Part shown: positions 49,802 to 61,835 of the stretch, one piece after another
Position numbering within the stretch: the first letter of the stretch is position 1
How the letters are laid out: each line of letters starts with the position of its first letter
Source of the DNA: Gracilinanus agilis
Lineage: Eukaryota
Direction of reading: 5' to 3'
Length of the DNA stretch: 64,000 bases
Assembly (NCBI RefSeq): GCF_016433145.1
Contig: NC_058136.1
Location: 2,933,370 to 2,997,369 of the forward strand
Translations under genes and position numbers: made by a program
The notes under the pieces: model-generated
What the model was told of the DNA's origin: nothing
The model's database searches: none
The model's input: only the letters and a program-made list of their open reading frames with translations

Positions 49802-50289
49802 AAATAAAATCACATGGCTAGGATTCTGTAAAGAGGAATCAAATCCTGATTTCATATCTTTCTCTGATACCATGCTGTCTGCTTGCTGTTAAATTTCATA
49901 TAGAATCATAAATCTAGAGCTGGAAGGGACCTCAGACTGGCTACAGAGCAATGGACCTTTTAGGTATGGCCACTCATGCCATCAATCTGGGCTGATATGA
50001 CAATGATATCACAAACCATGAAAGTATTGAATTAACCACAATGATAATGACAACAGTAAATTTCAATCAAGAAACAAAGGAAAAGAAAACTTACTATGAT
50101 TCGGACTGGTGGAGGGCCAGTTTCACCCTTCTTGTACAGTGGCTCCAGGGTCCTGGTCAGGGGAAGTTCAGGTCTAAAAGATCCTGTGGATTCCCCAAAA
50201 TAGAATTAGTGACAGTACTGTTATCAGTTTCCTTTGTACCCCAAAGCATATTATAGTGTTCCTTTGTTTCCTCCAAAAAGCACCCAGGA

Positions 50290-50840
50290 ACCATTCTGCA
50301 AGGCAATTTGGAATTATGCCCAAAGGGCTTTAAATGACTGCTTGCCCTTTGACCCAGCCATACCACTGCTGAGTTTATACCCCAAAGAGATTATAAGGAA
50401 AAAGACTTGTACAAAAATATTTATAGCCGCACTCTTTGTGATGGCAAAAAATTGGAAAATGAAGGGATGCCCTTTGATTGGGGAATGGCTGAACAAATTG
50501 TGGTATCTGTTGGTGATCAATGCAATGATCCAGGACAATTCTGAGGTACTTATAAGAAAGAACATTATCCACATCCAGAGAAAGAACTGTGGGAGTAGAA
50601 ACACAGAAGAAAAACATTTCCTTTGATGAGGATATGATTGGGAAAGTAGATTCTAAATAATCACCCTAGTGCAAATATGAATAATATATAAATAGGTCTT
50701 GATGAATGATACACGTAAAACCCAGTGGAATTGCTCATTGGCTATGGGAGGGGGTAGAAGGAGGGGAGGGAAAGAACATGAATCATGTGACCGTGGAAAA
50801 ATATTCTAAATTAATTAATTAAATGAATGAATTTTTTTAA
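50290..50840 (+). mobile_element. L1 3' fragment (ORF2 C-terminus plus 3' UTR)
   Basis: ORF 50234..50626 (AIWNYAQRALNDCLPFDPAIPLL...GEWLNKLWY); near-perfect TSD aaaaag(a)cacccagga at 50275..50289 and 50841..50856. Confidence 0.92.
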
Positions 50841-51096
50841 AAAAAGACACCCAGGACATGTCACCAGGCTAACTGCTCAGGGGAAGGTAATAGCAGTCAA
50901 CTCTTCCCAATGACTTCTTCCTGCTGCTTGAAAAGGTAGGCATGTAGGTTCCTCTCTCAGGCCACTAAGCAAGAAAGAAGGGGATCTAATAATGTAATGA
51001 CTTCCACCTTTGGCTCTGTCCTCTCCCAAGAAATCTCAATTCCCAGCAAAATTTAGAAATAGTTGCTGCTGCTAAATGAATAAGAGAGGTCTAATA

Positions 51097-51145
51097 TAGG
51101 ATGACTAGATGCCCTATTTTGGCTGGGACACTTCCAATTTTTGAC
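51097..51145 (+). mobile_element. Ancient hAT-Tip100-like terminal fragment
   Basis: taggatgactagatgccctatttt ggctgggaca resembles tagggtgaccaga...ggctgggaca ends (from memory). Confidence 0.3.
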
Positions 51146-52008
51146 AACCTATACCTGGTCTTCATATGAATAAGCAATTGAATGCCATACTGCAGCTTTG
51201 TGAACTACCATGATAGAACATAAATTGGCAATCGGGGTCATTTGCCAAGGTGTTCGGTCCTTTGTCATGGAGTACAGATTTGGCTCTGGAAAAGCTGCTT
51301 TCTGACCAAATGGGCATCAAGTTGCTTTGAAGCAGGAAAATGGAGGTTTGGGGACCCTGTGTGGCTGAAGCAGCCTCCTGGGATTGGGTTTCCTGGTACT
51401 TGTCTCCCTCTCACGATTACCTACTACTCTAGAGAGCAAGAGGAAGTGTTTAGTAGGAATGGGTCAAGGAACAAATTCCTGGTACATTCCCTTCCCAATC
51501 TGATCTGCCCCAGATCGAGCCTGCTGGTAAAAAGAACTATAAAATGGAAAAAAAGGTAAATCACTATGGAAGCAATCAGCTGTATTGAAGACAGGACAGT
51601 TTATTCAAAACAGAGACCTTACTTTATTCTAGAGGCCAAGACCTGAAAAATACTTATGGAATACATTTTGGAAAAGAATTTATTTTGTCATAGTTTTACA
51701 TTCTACTTTTAGAATTGTTTTAAGTTAATATACTTCCTTAAAAGACAGTAGCTTCTTATACTTCTATGGCACTTTCTGTCCCTTTTAGTTGGTCAGGCTA
51801 TTAATAACAATAGGTAGCATTTATTTAGAACTTTAAGGTTTATAAAGCACTTTACATGTTAACTCATTTGATGGAACAATCCTAGGGAGTCGGTGCTATC
51901 TCCTCTTAAGAGATGAGGAAACTGAGGCAGACAGAGGTTAAGCAACTTACCCAGGATCACACAGCTAGTGTCTAAGGATGGATTTGTACTCAGGTCTTCC
52001 TGTCTCCA

Positions 52009-52260
52009 GGGCAGGTAGGTGATGCAGTAGATACAATTGCCAGGCCTGAAATCAGGAAGACATCTTCCTGAGATCAAATCCAGCCTCAGATGCTTACTAG
52101 TTGTGTGACTCTGGGCAAGTCACGTTACCCTGTTTGCCTCGGTTTCCTCCTCTGTAATATGAGCTGGAATAGGAAATGGCAAAACATTCCAGGATCTTTG
52201 ACAAGAAAACTCCAAAGAGGGCCATGAAGAGTCAGATATGACTGAAAAATGACTGAACGA
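52009..52260 (+). mobile_element. MAR1-type CORE-SINE
   Basis: gggcaggtaggtgatgcagtag...gagctggaataggaaatggcaaaacattccagg...gaagagtcagatatgactgaa. Confidence 0.85.
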
Positions 52261-53603
52261 CTTCCTGATTATAAACCTTGTGCCACCTAGCTGTCTTAGA
52301 ATGAGCTGCCAAGAATCCATTCCACTTCTTTGCACATCTCACTTCCTTTAATGCATGAAGAAATAGCACTTTAAAAAAGCCAAGGGAAGATTTTTTGCAG
52401 ATAATCTTTTTTTTTCTTGTAATCCTGAATCTCTGATAGGAATTTCTGCTTAAGTTAGGATTTTCTTGCTGTACCTTTTTAGTAAAGCAGGGGCCCACCT
52501 GTTGTTAAGCCTTCAATGAGAACAAGTTTTAAAGTCTGTTGAGAGTCTTGTCCCTCCTCTTCTACTTGGAAAAGGAGTCAAGCAGAGGCCAAAGTAGGCC
52601 CCTGGTGCATTTGGATTTTGAAAAGGAATAGCATGCCTCTTTTCTAGTTGTTTTGCAGCTTTAACATGCAGTGCTTGGAAATCTAGATGCCCACTTTGTG
52701 CCCCAAGGTTCAGATGGTTTGCAGAGGGACAAATTCTCAACAAATCTACCCCCTCCTCAGTTGGGTGGTTTGAATCCTCTGGCTTGTTTGTTGCCCCTTT
52801 GTCCTCTGCTGGGAACAGCTCATTTTCCTCCAAATCCCTTGGTGTGGCCTTGGTTCAAGGAGGAGGTTTGGGTTAGTGCCTGAGGTTGGAAGGCAAATTT
52901 GTAGCAAGTTTCTCTGATTTCCTGCATGAGGAAGCATGCAGTCCCAGGGGAAGCTCCTGGTCTGTGAAGCCCACAGAATGCAGGAGAGAGGCAAAGAATT
53001 AGCCAGTCTGTTCACACCCACAGACACACAGCCAGCAGCTAATAAGATATTTTCCAATAATATATTCTTCCCTTTCCCTCCCCACCATTCCAGTTTTTCC
53101 TCTGCACTTTCCTGCTACCTTTGGGCACTAGGGGAAAGCACAAAGGTCAGAACTGAATGATACCTAGCATTTATTCTAGAAGCAGTTGCCTATGGTCACT
53201 GGAACTCCCAGTTAGAAAAAGCCTCCCAGCTGTGCTGGAAAGAAAAGAAGGAGAGCCAAGATGTAGAGAGTGTGGATGTAAAGGGAGGTTACACTTGCAG
53301 TATGACTTTGGCCTCGGGTGGTAGGGGTCACTCTTTTTTGCTTTTCACTCCACAGACTAAACTTGAAGTTCCAGGGAATCAATACCCATAGTGACCACAC
53401 TCCCTAATAGTGGTTCCATGGCTAGAAAATAAAAATAAAACTTTAGTGGGTCAGGGATTTGGACTGCTTTACTAGGTGGAAGAACAATGAGATGCCTGGA
53501 TGAAACTAGAGAGAGGTTCCTTACCACTTAGGGTCCTGGATACTTTATTTTACAAAACAAATAAGGATCATGGAAAATGGATCCCAAAGTTATGGATCTA
53601 GAG

Positions 53604-54101
53604 CAGGGATTCTTAACCTGGGGTTCACAAACTTGATTTTTAAACAAACAAATATATAATATATAATATATAATATTTCCATACAATTGGTTTCCTTTGT
53701 AATCTTAATATATTGTATTTACAAGCATGAATCTAAGAAGAGGGCCATTGGCTTCGCCAGATTGACTACCTAGGGATCCATGAGTCAAAAAGAACCCGTT
53801 GGAGCAGAAACACAGAAGAAGAACAACTGCCTGACCACATGGGTCAGTGGGGATATGGTTGGGGATGCAGACTCTAAGTGACCACCCTAATGCAAATATC
53901 AATAATATGGAAACAGGTCTTGATCAATGATACATGTAAAATCCAGTGGAATTGCTCATTGGCTACAAGAGGGGGATGGGAAGAGAGGAGGGAAAGAACA
54001 TGAATCACGTAACCATGGGAACATTTTCTTAATTAATCAATAAAATTTAAAAAAAAATACTAGGGAAAAAAGAACCCCTTGTCCTTGTTAAGAATTCCTT
54101 G
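53604..54101. mobile_element. Old hAT-Charlie-like element interrupted by an L1 stub
   Basis: cagggattcttaacc ... gttaagaattccttg flanked by tctagag on both sides. Confidence 0.45.
53798..54066 (+). mobile_element. L1 3' UTR stub
   Basis: gagcagaaacacagaagaag...catgaatcacgtaaccatggg...A tail; TSD aaaaagaaccc at 53787..53797 and 54067..54077. Confidence 0.88.
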
Positions 54102-54444
54102 TCTAGAGACCGAAGGCACCTCTGAGGCCACCTGGTTCAACCTCTTCATTTTATGCAGGAGTAAATTGAAACCCAGGTAGGGGAAATAAGTTGCTCAGAG
54201 TCACATGGGGAGCAAGAAGCAGAAGTGGGGTTTGAACTCAAGGTTTTCTAATATGGTCTTTCTATTGGATCGTACTGTCTTCCTTAGGTTCTGACAAGTT
54301 TTGGTTAAACAAAATATTTTGAAATTTAATTTGATTTCATGTTCATTAAAGAGATTTGTTATTTAAAGGAAGATCAATCCTTGTAAATAATATATACATA
54401 TATTTTTTTTCTAATGAAAATCTTTATAGGAGGTCTAGATCTCT

Positions 54445-55625
54445 AAGCCAGAAGCCTTCTCAATAGGATCAGAAGTGAAACAAGAATGCCCATTATCACC
54501 AATATTATTTAAAATAGTATTAGAAACACTACCAATAGCAACAAGATTAGAAAAAAATGAAGGAAGAAAAATTAGCAAAGATGTAATAAAACTATCTTTT
54601 TGCAGACAATATGATAATGTATATGGAAAATCATAGAGAATCAACTAAAAAGTCAGTTGAAAATATCAATAATCTTAGTAAAGTAGCCAGGTATAAAATA
54701 AACCCACGTAAATCATCAACATTTTTATACATTACTAACAAAGTCCTGAAAGAAGAGATAGACAAAGATATTCCATTTAAAATAACCACAAACAGAATAA
54801 AATACCAGGGAGTATAACTGCCAAAACAAACCCAGGAACTACATGAACATAATTATGAAACATTTTTATACAAATAAACTCAAATCTAAATAATTGGAGA
54901 AATATTAATTGTTCATGCATGGGCAGAGCCAATATAATTAAAACGACAATCCTATTTAAACTAATCTACTTATTCAAAGTCATCCAATTAAATTATCAAA
55001 AAATTATCTTATTGAGCTAGAAAAAGTAATAATAAAATTCATTTGGAAGAACAAAAGATCAACATTAGCAAAAGAATTCATAAAAAACTGTAAAGGAAAG
55101 AAGTCTAGTAGTGCTGAACTTTAAATTGTATTATAAAGCAATAATTATCAAAACTATCTGGTATTAGCTAAGAAATAGAAAGGTGGAACAGAATGGACAT
55201 ACAACAAACAGTAGTAAAAGATTATACTAACCTTGTATTTGACAAAAGTATAGTACCAGGTTCTTGGGATAAGAAATCACTATTTGGTAAAAATTCTGGG
55301 ACAACTAGAAGCTAGGTATAGACCACTATCTTACACCATTCACTAATATAAGATCAAAATGGATACATGATCTAGACATAAAAGGAGATATCATAGGCAA
55401 ATTAGAAGAATTGGGAAAATATTACCTATCAGATTTATGGATAAGAGAGGAATCTATGAGTAAACAAGATATAGGGTACTATGAGATGTAAAATGGATAA
55501 TTTTAAGTACATTAGACTGAAAAGTTTTTGTGCAAATAAAACATGTTGCCAAGATTAGAAGAAAAGCAGAAAATTGAGAAAGAATTTTCATAGACAGTCT
55601 CTCAGACAGAGGTATCATATCTACA
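54445..55625 (+). mobile_element. Older L1 ORF2 fragment
   Basis: Degenerate RT-to-C-terminal sequence (caagaatgcccattatcacc, ctttttgcagacaatatgata, ttcatttggaagaacaaaag). Confidence 0.85.
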
Positions 55626-57035
55626 CCATTACCACCTCTAAGCTCCAGTTGGGAACTAGGAGAAAGGCAGACTTGTAACTGAATAATCTTATTTAATCCT
55701 TTAGTACTAGAGAGCACCCCAATTCTTAGCAATTACCAATGTGAGAGAACTAGCTTTGAGTAAGTTCCTAACACCCATGAGAAATGCTATGACTGTAACT
55801 TCTAGTCAAACTTGTCAGCACTGGGTGTCTACATGATTGACTACTCAGAAACTTTGGTTGATACAGCTGATGGCTAGAGAATGTAAGCTTCTTGAGGGTA
55901 GGTAGGGACTATCTTGTTTTTGTCTTTATGACTCCAGCACCTAGCACATTTAAGAAACTCTTATTGAATGACTGAATGGCCAGGCAAACAGCCCCAGTCT
56001 CCACTGATCAGTGGAATAACACTTTTCAAGTGCCATCATTCTACTGATAGCATCTGCTATCAGACTTGCATAGTAGCCATCCCAGCTTTGAAAATGTCAC
56101 TTCCTTTTTCATTTTATACTCAAATGATTTGTTTAGAGGAAGGAAAAGATGCACAATTATACAACAGTCCTGTGCAAATGCCCTTCAATTTTCCTAACAG
56201 CTATAGTCCTGCTAGAAGCCTTCCTACTTGCATTTCAAAATTGGATTTCTGGTCTTATCTTCAAAATGCTTCACTGTGTGCTTATACTGATTTCTACTGG
56301 AATGTTTTCTTTGGTTGCTCAATTAAATTTCACTGGAATCTTTTCATTGGTTGCCCAATTAAAAGGCTCATTTTCTCCCCTTGCTATCAATGAGTTCATT
56401 CTAATATAGTACAGTACAGATACAGGGCAGAAATATTTCTGTGTGGCAGCTATTCAAGTATAAGATTTCACTAGGTTAATAAAAAAAGAATAGAGCATAA
56501 AGAATAAACCAAAATGAGCTAATGGGTATTAACAGTTGCTTCTTTCTACTACTATCTGGAGACAAAAGATAATGGCAAAAGTTTTTCAAGTCTACAGTTA
56601 AACAATCTAAATGTGTTTTGAGTAGCCAGCTATGGCCAGGTAAGGATTAATAAGAAATTTATTTTTCTTTGAAATTGGACCTGTTGTTTCGCTGACCTAG
56701 GGAACTTCCAAAGGAGGAAACTCCTTCTACCAGAGCAGATTGGCATTTGCCCTGCCACCTGGGTCACTGAGAGGTTAAGTGACTCATCCGTGATCACACG
56801 GCTAGGGTGTCCTGACTTCAAGGCTGGCTGTCTCTTCAACAAGCTATGCTGCTTCTCAAAAAAAATCCTTGTTTTATTCCTCCATATTACTTTGAATGAA
56901 TTTATATGTTGGAACGAGAGCTGAAAAAATATAGCCAGTTATCTAGATATCTTTATGCATTCACATGGTGGATATTGTATAGAAAATCTACAACACTGTG
57001 TCAGATCTGAACTAAGAAGGAAAAAGGGAAATTAC

Positions 57036-57213
57036 CTCCAAACCCTGTCCTGACTGATGCTCAGCAGTAAAACCCCGCAGAGGGATGGATAGTTCTTCAG
57101 ATATGCTATGGAGTGAACCTTGGAGACTCTTTCCAAGGGAGTATGGAAGACCAATACCAGCCGCCCTGGAGAACTTCTAGCTGGAGAGCCCCAACAGGAG
57201 ACTGGTAGCAGCC
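57036..57213 (-). CDS. Candidate intermediate-region exon (3' boundary uncertain)
   Basis: Strong acceptor gtgtttttcttcctttggcactggtttag| and donor GAG|gtaatt. The phase-1 frame is open (GLLPVSCWGSPARSSPGRL...) but ends in phase 2; weaker internal phase-0 donors exist. No clear homology. Confidence 0.35.
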
Positions 57214-58345
57214 CTAAACCAGTGCCAAAGGAAGAAAAACACTAACACTATATAGGCAGAGGGCCTGGCCTTGGATCCTGACCCTGCTTCTGCCAAATTG
57301 TACCTTGACAAATTGTACCAAATTGACAATTTCTGAGACTCAGTTTCCTTCTCTGGTCACAGGGGGATAATAATAATAGCTGTATCTATACTGCAAGGTA
57401 GTTGTCAAGAATACACTTTGCAACCCTTAAAACACTCTAAAAATACAAGTTTATCATTACTGTCTTGTGTTTTCATACTCTGTGATGGGAATTATTCTTT
57501 TTTAAAAATCTTACTTGTCTCATCTCTTTCAAGGGTTCAAATAGTCCTGGTATTATTATTCTTTTATATTCTGTGTTCTATAGCTTATTGCACAGGCAGA
57601 TAAAATAACTGCTTTTATAGTTATTATTATTATACTGGATTTTTTTATTTTATTGTATGGGAAACCCCTGACAGAAGCACTCCCTTTACCAATACAGATT
57701 GCCACCTTCTCTTCAACTTAAAATCTTAGTGTAAGTGACTTGCCCAGGGTCACAGAGCCAGAATGTGTCAGAAACAAGAGTCAAACCCATGGCTTCCTGA
57801 TTCCAAGGTCAGCTTCCAATCCATTAAAACATGCTGTCTTATTATTGCTCATTTGTTGCTTATTAATAGAACAGTCATAGGACACAGGGACAACATTAAA
57901 GGCTGAGATTGCCAACAAAACCCAGGCTAGGGTTCACCACCCCTCCAACCCACTACCAACAAGAATATGTCCCCATTTCTTGCTCTGGGGTGGAGAAATG
58001 GAGGCAGAAAGGTGAAGGTGGGGATTCCTCTTTCCATAGTTTTTCCCAAGTCCAGAGGAGTTTGTTTAGACAGTAGTTTCGTTTATGGTCAAGATATTTG
58101 TTCCCTAACAAGTTACCAGGTCCAACTGAGACACTGAAAGCCTTCTATTGCCTCCAAAAGCAATACCACTCAGGTATGAACTGTTGGAAGGAAAGCTTCG
58201 TAGGAAACAAGACTGTGGCAGTATCTACTGAGATACAAAAGTGGTTTAGTGGTTTTAGTGAGCCTGTCTCACTGGGGTTGACTTAACATGGACTGTTAGA
58301 CATTAGCTATGCATTGGGACTGTTCAAGCTTGACTCGAAATTCAC

Positions 58346-58461
58346 CTGGTGTTGCTCTGTTGGTCACCCGACATTCCATTGCCCACTGTCTGTTGCCAGT
58401 GAATTTACTGCCAGTCTTTGGCTTCTGAGGCCATCCCCCAGAAGATGGCGGCTGGGAACTA
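58346..58461 (-). CDS. Intermediate-region exon
   Basis: gattttctgtcttttcag|T ... CCA G|gtgaat; 116 nt, phase 2 to 1, as I recall for the paralog exon after VPxRTTS; SSQPPSSGGWPQKPKTGSKFTGNRQWAMECRVTNRATP. Confidence 0.7.
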
Positions 58462-60905
58462 CTGAAAAGACAGAAAATCACTTACCACTTGTTGGCATTC
58501 AAAAAAGGAAAGCACAAATTACCTTACTAGACCAATGGCCAGATTTCTTTCGAGATCAACACATCACAGACTGATGAAGGTGAGTGGGACTGTGTGTTCA
58601 TGTAAGTGTATGAGCTTGTGTGTATAGGCAGATGTGTGTGTTAATGGATCATGGATATAGTACCTAAATTTTGCCCCAAATATTTCAACTTATTTAGAAT
58701 TAAGTTTCTTGATTGTGGTTATGGGTAAAGGTGGCTAATTTAAGATTACCCCTCATACCTTCCACATGAATTTAATATTAGAAAATCCTAACATTTTTAC
58801 ATGTCCCAGCTTCAACTACAAAACTTCTTAGTGGAGGGAGTTTTCTCACTTGGAAATTCCCACACAAATGAATTCAGATTTCTGGCCAAAAGCAAAACCC
58901 CAAAAACAAACATAGTTACTTTGTTGGAATGGAGAGGCGGTGGATAGATAGAGCTTGAACCCAGATTTGGGAAGTTCTGAGTCTCATCAGCAGATAACCT
59001 AATCTCCTGGAAGTTTCCTTTTCCTTGTATATAAAACAAGGATAATATTACCCATAGTTTCTATTTCTCATGTTTATTCTAAGAACCAATTTAAATAATC
59101 AGTGGAAAGCACTTTGTAAGCCTTTTGCAAGGAGTAACCATATATTAAGAGCTAGTATTCCTGTAGTGCTTTGTACTTTGCAAAATGCTTTAATCCTTAT
59201 GAAAACCTTGTGAGCTGGGTGCTATCATCCCCATTATATAGATGACTAAACTGAGGCACAGAGAGGTTATGTGACTGGCCCAGAGTCATACAACTATTAA
59301 GTGTCTGAGGCAAGATTTGGAATTCCAGTCTTCCTGACTCCAAGGCCAGAGCATTCTCCACTCTGCCACCCAGCTGTCTCCCACATCAATGAGATGAAAA
59401 AGCTCTAGGAACATTGAAGAATTCCCAAGACAGCCCGGTGGTTAAAGGTCTCCTTTGCTGTAGGGATAGCAGTTGGCTCATGTAGACCTTGGACACACCA
59501 GAAGCCCACATGCTGGTTTTTCCAAAAACTTCTATTCACGATTTTACTTTATGCAATAGCTGGTTTCCTGAAAAGTTACTTGTATAATAACTTCTATAAA
59601 CTGGATGCTATTTTAAATGTCCTAAGGGTTTTCTCCTTGGCTTTCTCATAAGATTCTGTCCTGGCCCCTTCCAATTCTATTTTGCAGTTGTTACTTGTTA
59701 TCTTCCCTAGATTGGAGGTTACCTGAGAAGAGGGACTCTGGATTTTTAGCTTAGCACACAGTAGACAGTAAATGTGTCCACACTTAATCCAGACCAGACT
59801 GAATAGAAGAATTCACTTTTGAAAGGCCCTTGGGATGTATGTTTTGTTATACTAGAACACCAGCTACCTCTCAGTCTGTAAATCTGGGTTTTTTTTAAGT
59901 AAAGAGATCCTGCTATGTAACAACTATTGATTTCTATGGTGGTTTTCTTCCCCTTGAGCTTAGAAAGCCACAGCTAACCATTTCTGGGGGTGGAGGAGAG
60001 AAAACTGGCAGTCATACTTTCAGATGCTTCTGGTGGAGTTGGGCCTCATTTAAAGCTTAGGGAAAGAAAAGAAACAAGGGCTTAAGAAGTATCATCTAGC
60101 TATAAAGAAGAGTTGCCATAACTTGGCTTCCATTCCCAAGGTTTTATAACTTTGCTCCCTCTCCAAAAGGGGATCTATAACTCTAGTACTACTCATCCCA
60201 TGGAAGGGTTTCTCTTAAGGTAAGAGCACTGTACACTTCCTGTCAGACCAGGACTTGGTGTGTACCTAAAGTGTTTCAAAGAAAGATAGGCTAAAAGAAA
60301 AATGAAACAACCAATAAGAGAGACTTAGAAAACAGTGACTGCAGCCATTATCTTAAATCCTGGAATATTCCTTGGAGCTTTTGGTCTGATTTTTCCCTTT
60401 GTGTCTCTCCTGTCTCTTTACTGGTATTAACTCCTGATGTGAGAGACTGGTGTGTATGTGTTGAGTGCATAGTTTTTGCTGACTGAACTACATTGAAGAT
60501 CTATGTGGGCATTTGTTGCAAGGTATCCCCCTTGTTGTTGCAGTCGTCTTTAAAATGGTTAATTCTGGTAAACCATGATTAAGGCAATGGGGGAGTCAGC
60601 TTGGGCTTCCAAGTCACATGGTCAATGGTGAAAGGGGAAGGCTTTCGAGCCAAATTGTCAACTAGTTTAAGTTTGGAAATTTGGCTGCCTCAGATGTGGG
60701 TAAAATAAAGTTTTAAAAATTTTTCAAAAGAAATCATTTCAACTGTGGTTGCAGTCTGGAGGCCAAAGAAGATTGGGGGCATTCCGAACATTCTGGGTTT
60801 GACTTCAATCAGAGAGAGTCTGGAACCACTGAGGCTGGCTTCAGTTTTCCAAGGGGCCATAAATAAATCACTATGGGCTTGAACACAGAGTGCAGAGATA
60901 CTTAC

Positions 60906-60973
60906 ATTGGATAGCGGCGGGCCTGGTTGATGATATCCTTGCTACGGAATTTTGAGGTTGTTCTTTCTGGGAC
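60906..60973 (-). CDS. Intermediate-region exon (VPxRTTS motif)
   Basis: ggttatatctttaag|GTC ... CCA AT|gtaagt; 68 nt, phase 0 to 2; VPERTTSKFRSKDIINQARRYP; matches TNIK VPQRTTS / MAP4K4 VPVRTTS. Confidence 0.9.
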
Positions 60974-61244
60974 CTTAAAGATATAACCAAATATTTCAGT
61001 GCAATTCTCCACCATTGAAAATTCAAGGCATTAATTTCAGAATGACTGGTACATATACATATACATAAAGTACATATACCCTTGATAAATCAGATGAGAA
61101 GGAGAGTGGAACAGTGGATAGAGGGCTAGATTTGTAGAGTGAGGATCTGAGTTCAAATCTCATCTCCATTACTTCCTGTGTACCCTTGGACAATTTCCTT
61201 TCCATTCCCTGGGCCTGTTTCCTCCTATTTAAAATAAAGGAGTT

Positions 61245-61465
61245 GGGGCACCTATGTGGGTCAGTGGATAGAGAACCATGCCTACAAATCTGACCTTACA
61301 CAGACACTTACTAGTTGTGTGGCTCTGAACAGTGACTTGACCCTGTTTGCCTCCATTTCTTCATCTGTAAAATGAGCTGGAGAAGGAAATAGCAAACCAC
61401 TCCAGTGTCTTTGTCAAAAAAAACCAAATGGGGTCAGGAATAATTGGACCCAACTGACTAAACAT
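61245..61465 (+). mobile_element. MAR1-type CORE-SINE
   Basis: ggggcacctatgtgggtcagtggatag...gagctggagaaggaaatagcaaaccactccagtgtctttg. Confidence 0.8.
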
Positions 61466-61649
61466 AAGTGAATGCTGATAGGCAAGAGGAAGTGTAGCTA
61501 GATAGAATATTTTAGGAACTGTATTCTCCAGTCTGGGATTAAGGAATTTTATATGTGCTTCTAATAACCTTACCTTGTTGTATTACTTTTGAATGGGTAT
61601 AATCTTTTGTTCATCTGTAAATATATTTCTTCAAATACACACAAAGAGA

Positions 61650-61835
61650 GAGTGAGCTAGGTCTAGAGATGGGAGGTTCTGGGTTCAAATTTGACCCCAG
61701 ATACTTCTTAGCTGTGTGAGCCAGGGCAAGTCACTTAACGCCTACTGCTTAGTCCTTAGCACTCTTCTACCTAGTAACTGATACTTACTATCAATTCTAA
61801 GAGAGAAGATAAGGGTTTTTAAATAAAAAATAAAA
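61650..61835 (+). mobile_element. SINE1-type, older, 5'-eroded
   Basis: gagctaggtctagagatgggaggttctgggttcaaat...aagggtttttaaataaaaaa. Confidence 0.75.

Noticed and set aside
55968-56409. 141-aa and 86-aa plus-strand ORFs
   Set aside because: No recognisable homology, low-complexity hydrophobic composition, partly produced by a tandem duplication, no splice support.
58571-58585. Perfect plus-strand donor AAG|GTGAGT next to ORF 58314..58574 (antisense transcript?)
   Set aside because: Similar perfect plus-strand donors occur inside repeats near 3221 and 13371, and there is no matching strong acceptor. This is consistent with chance.
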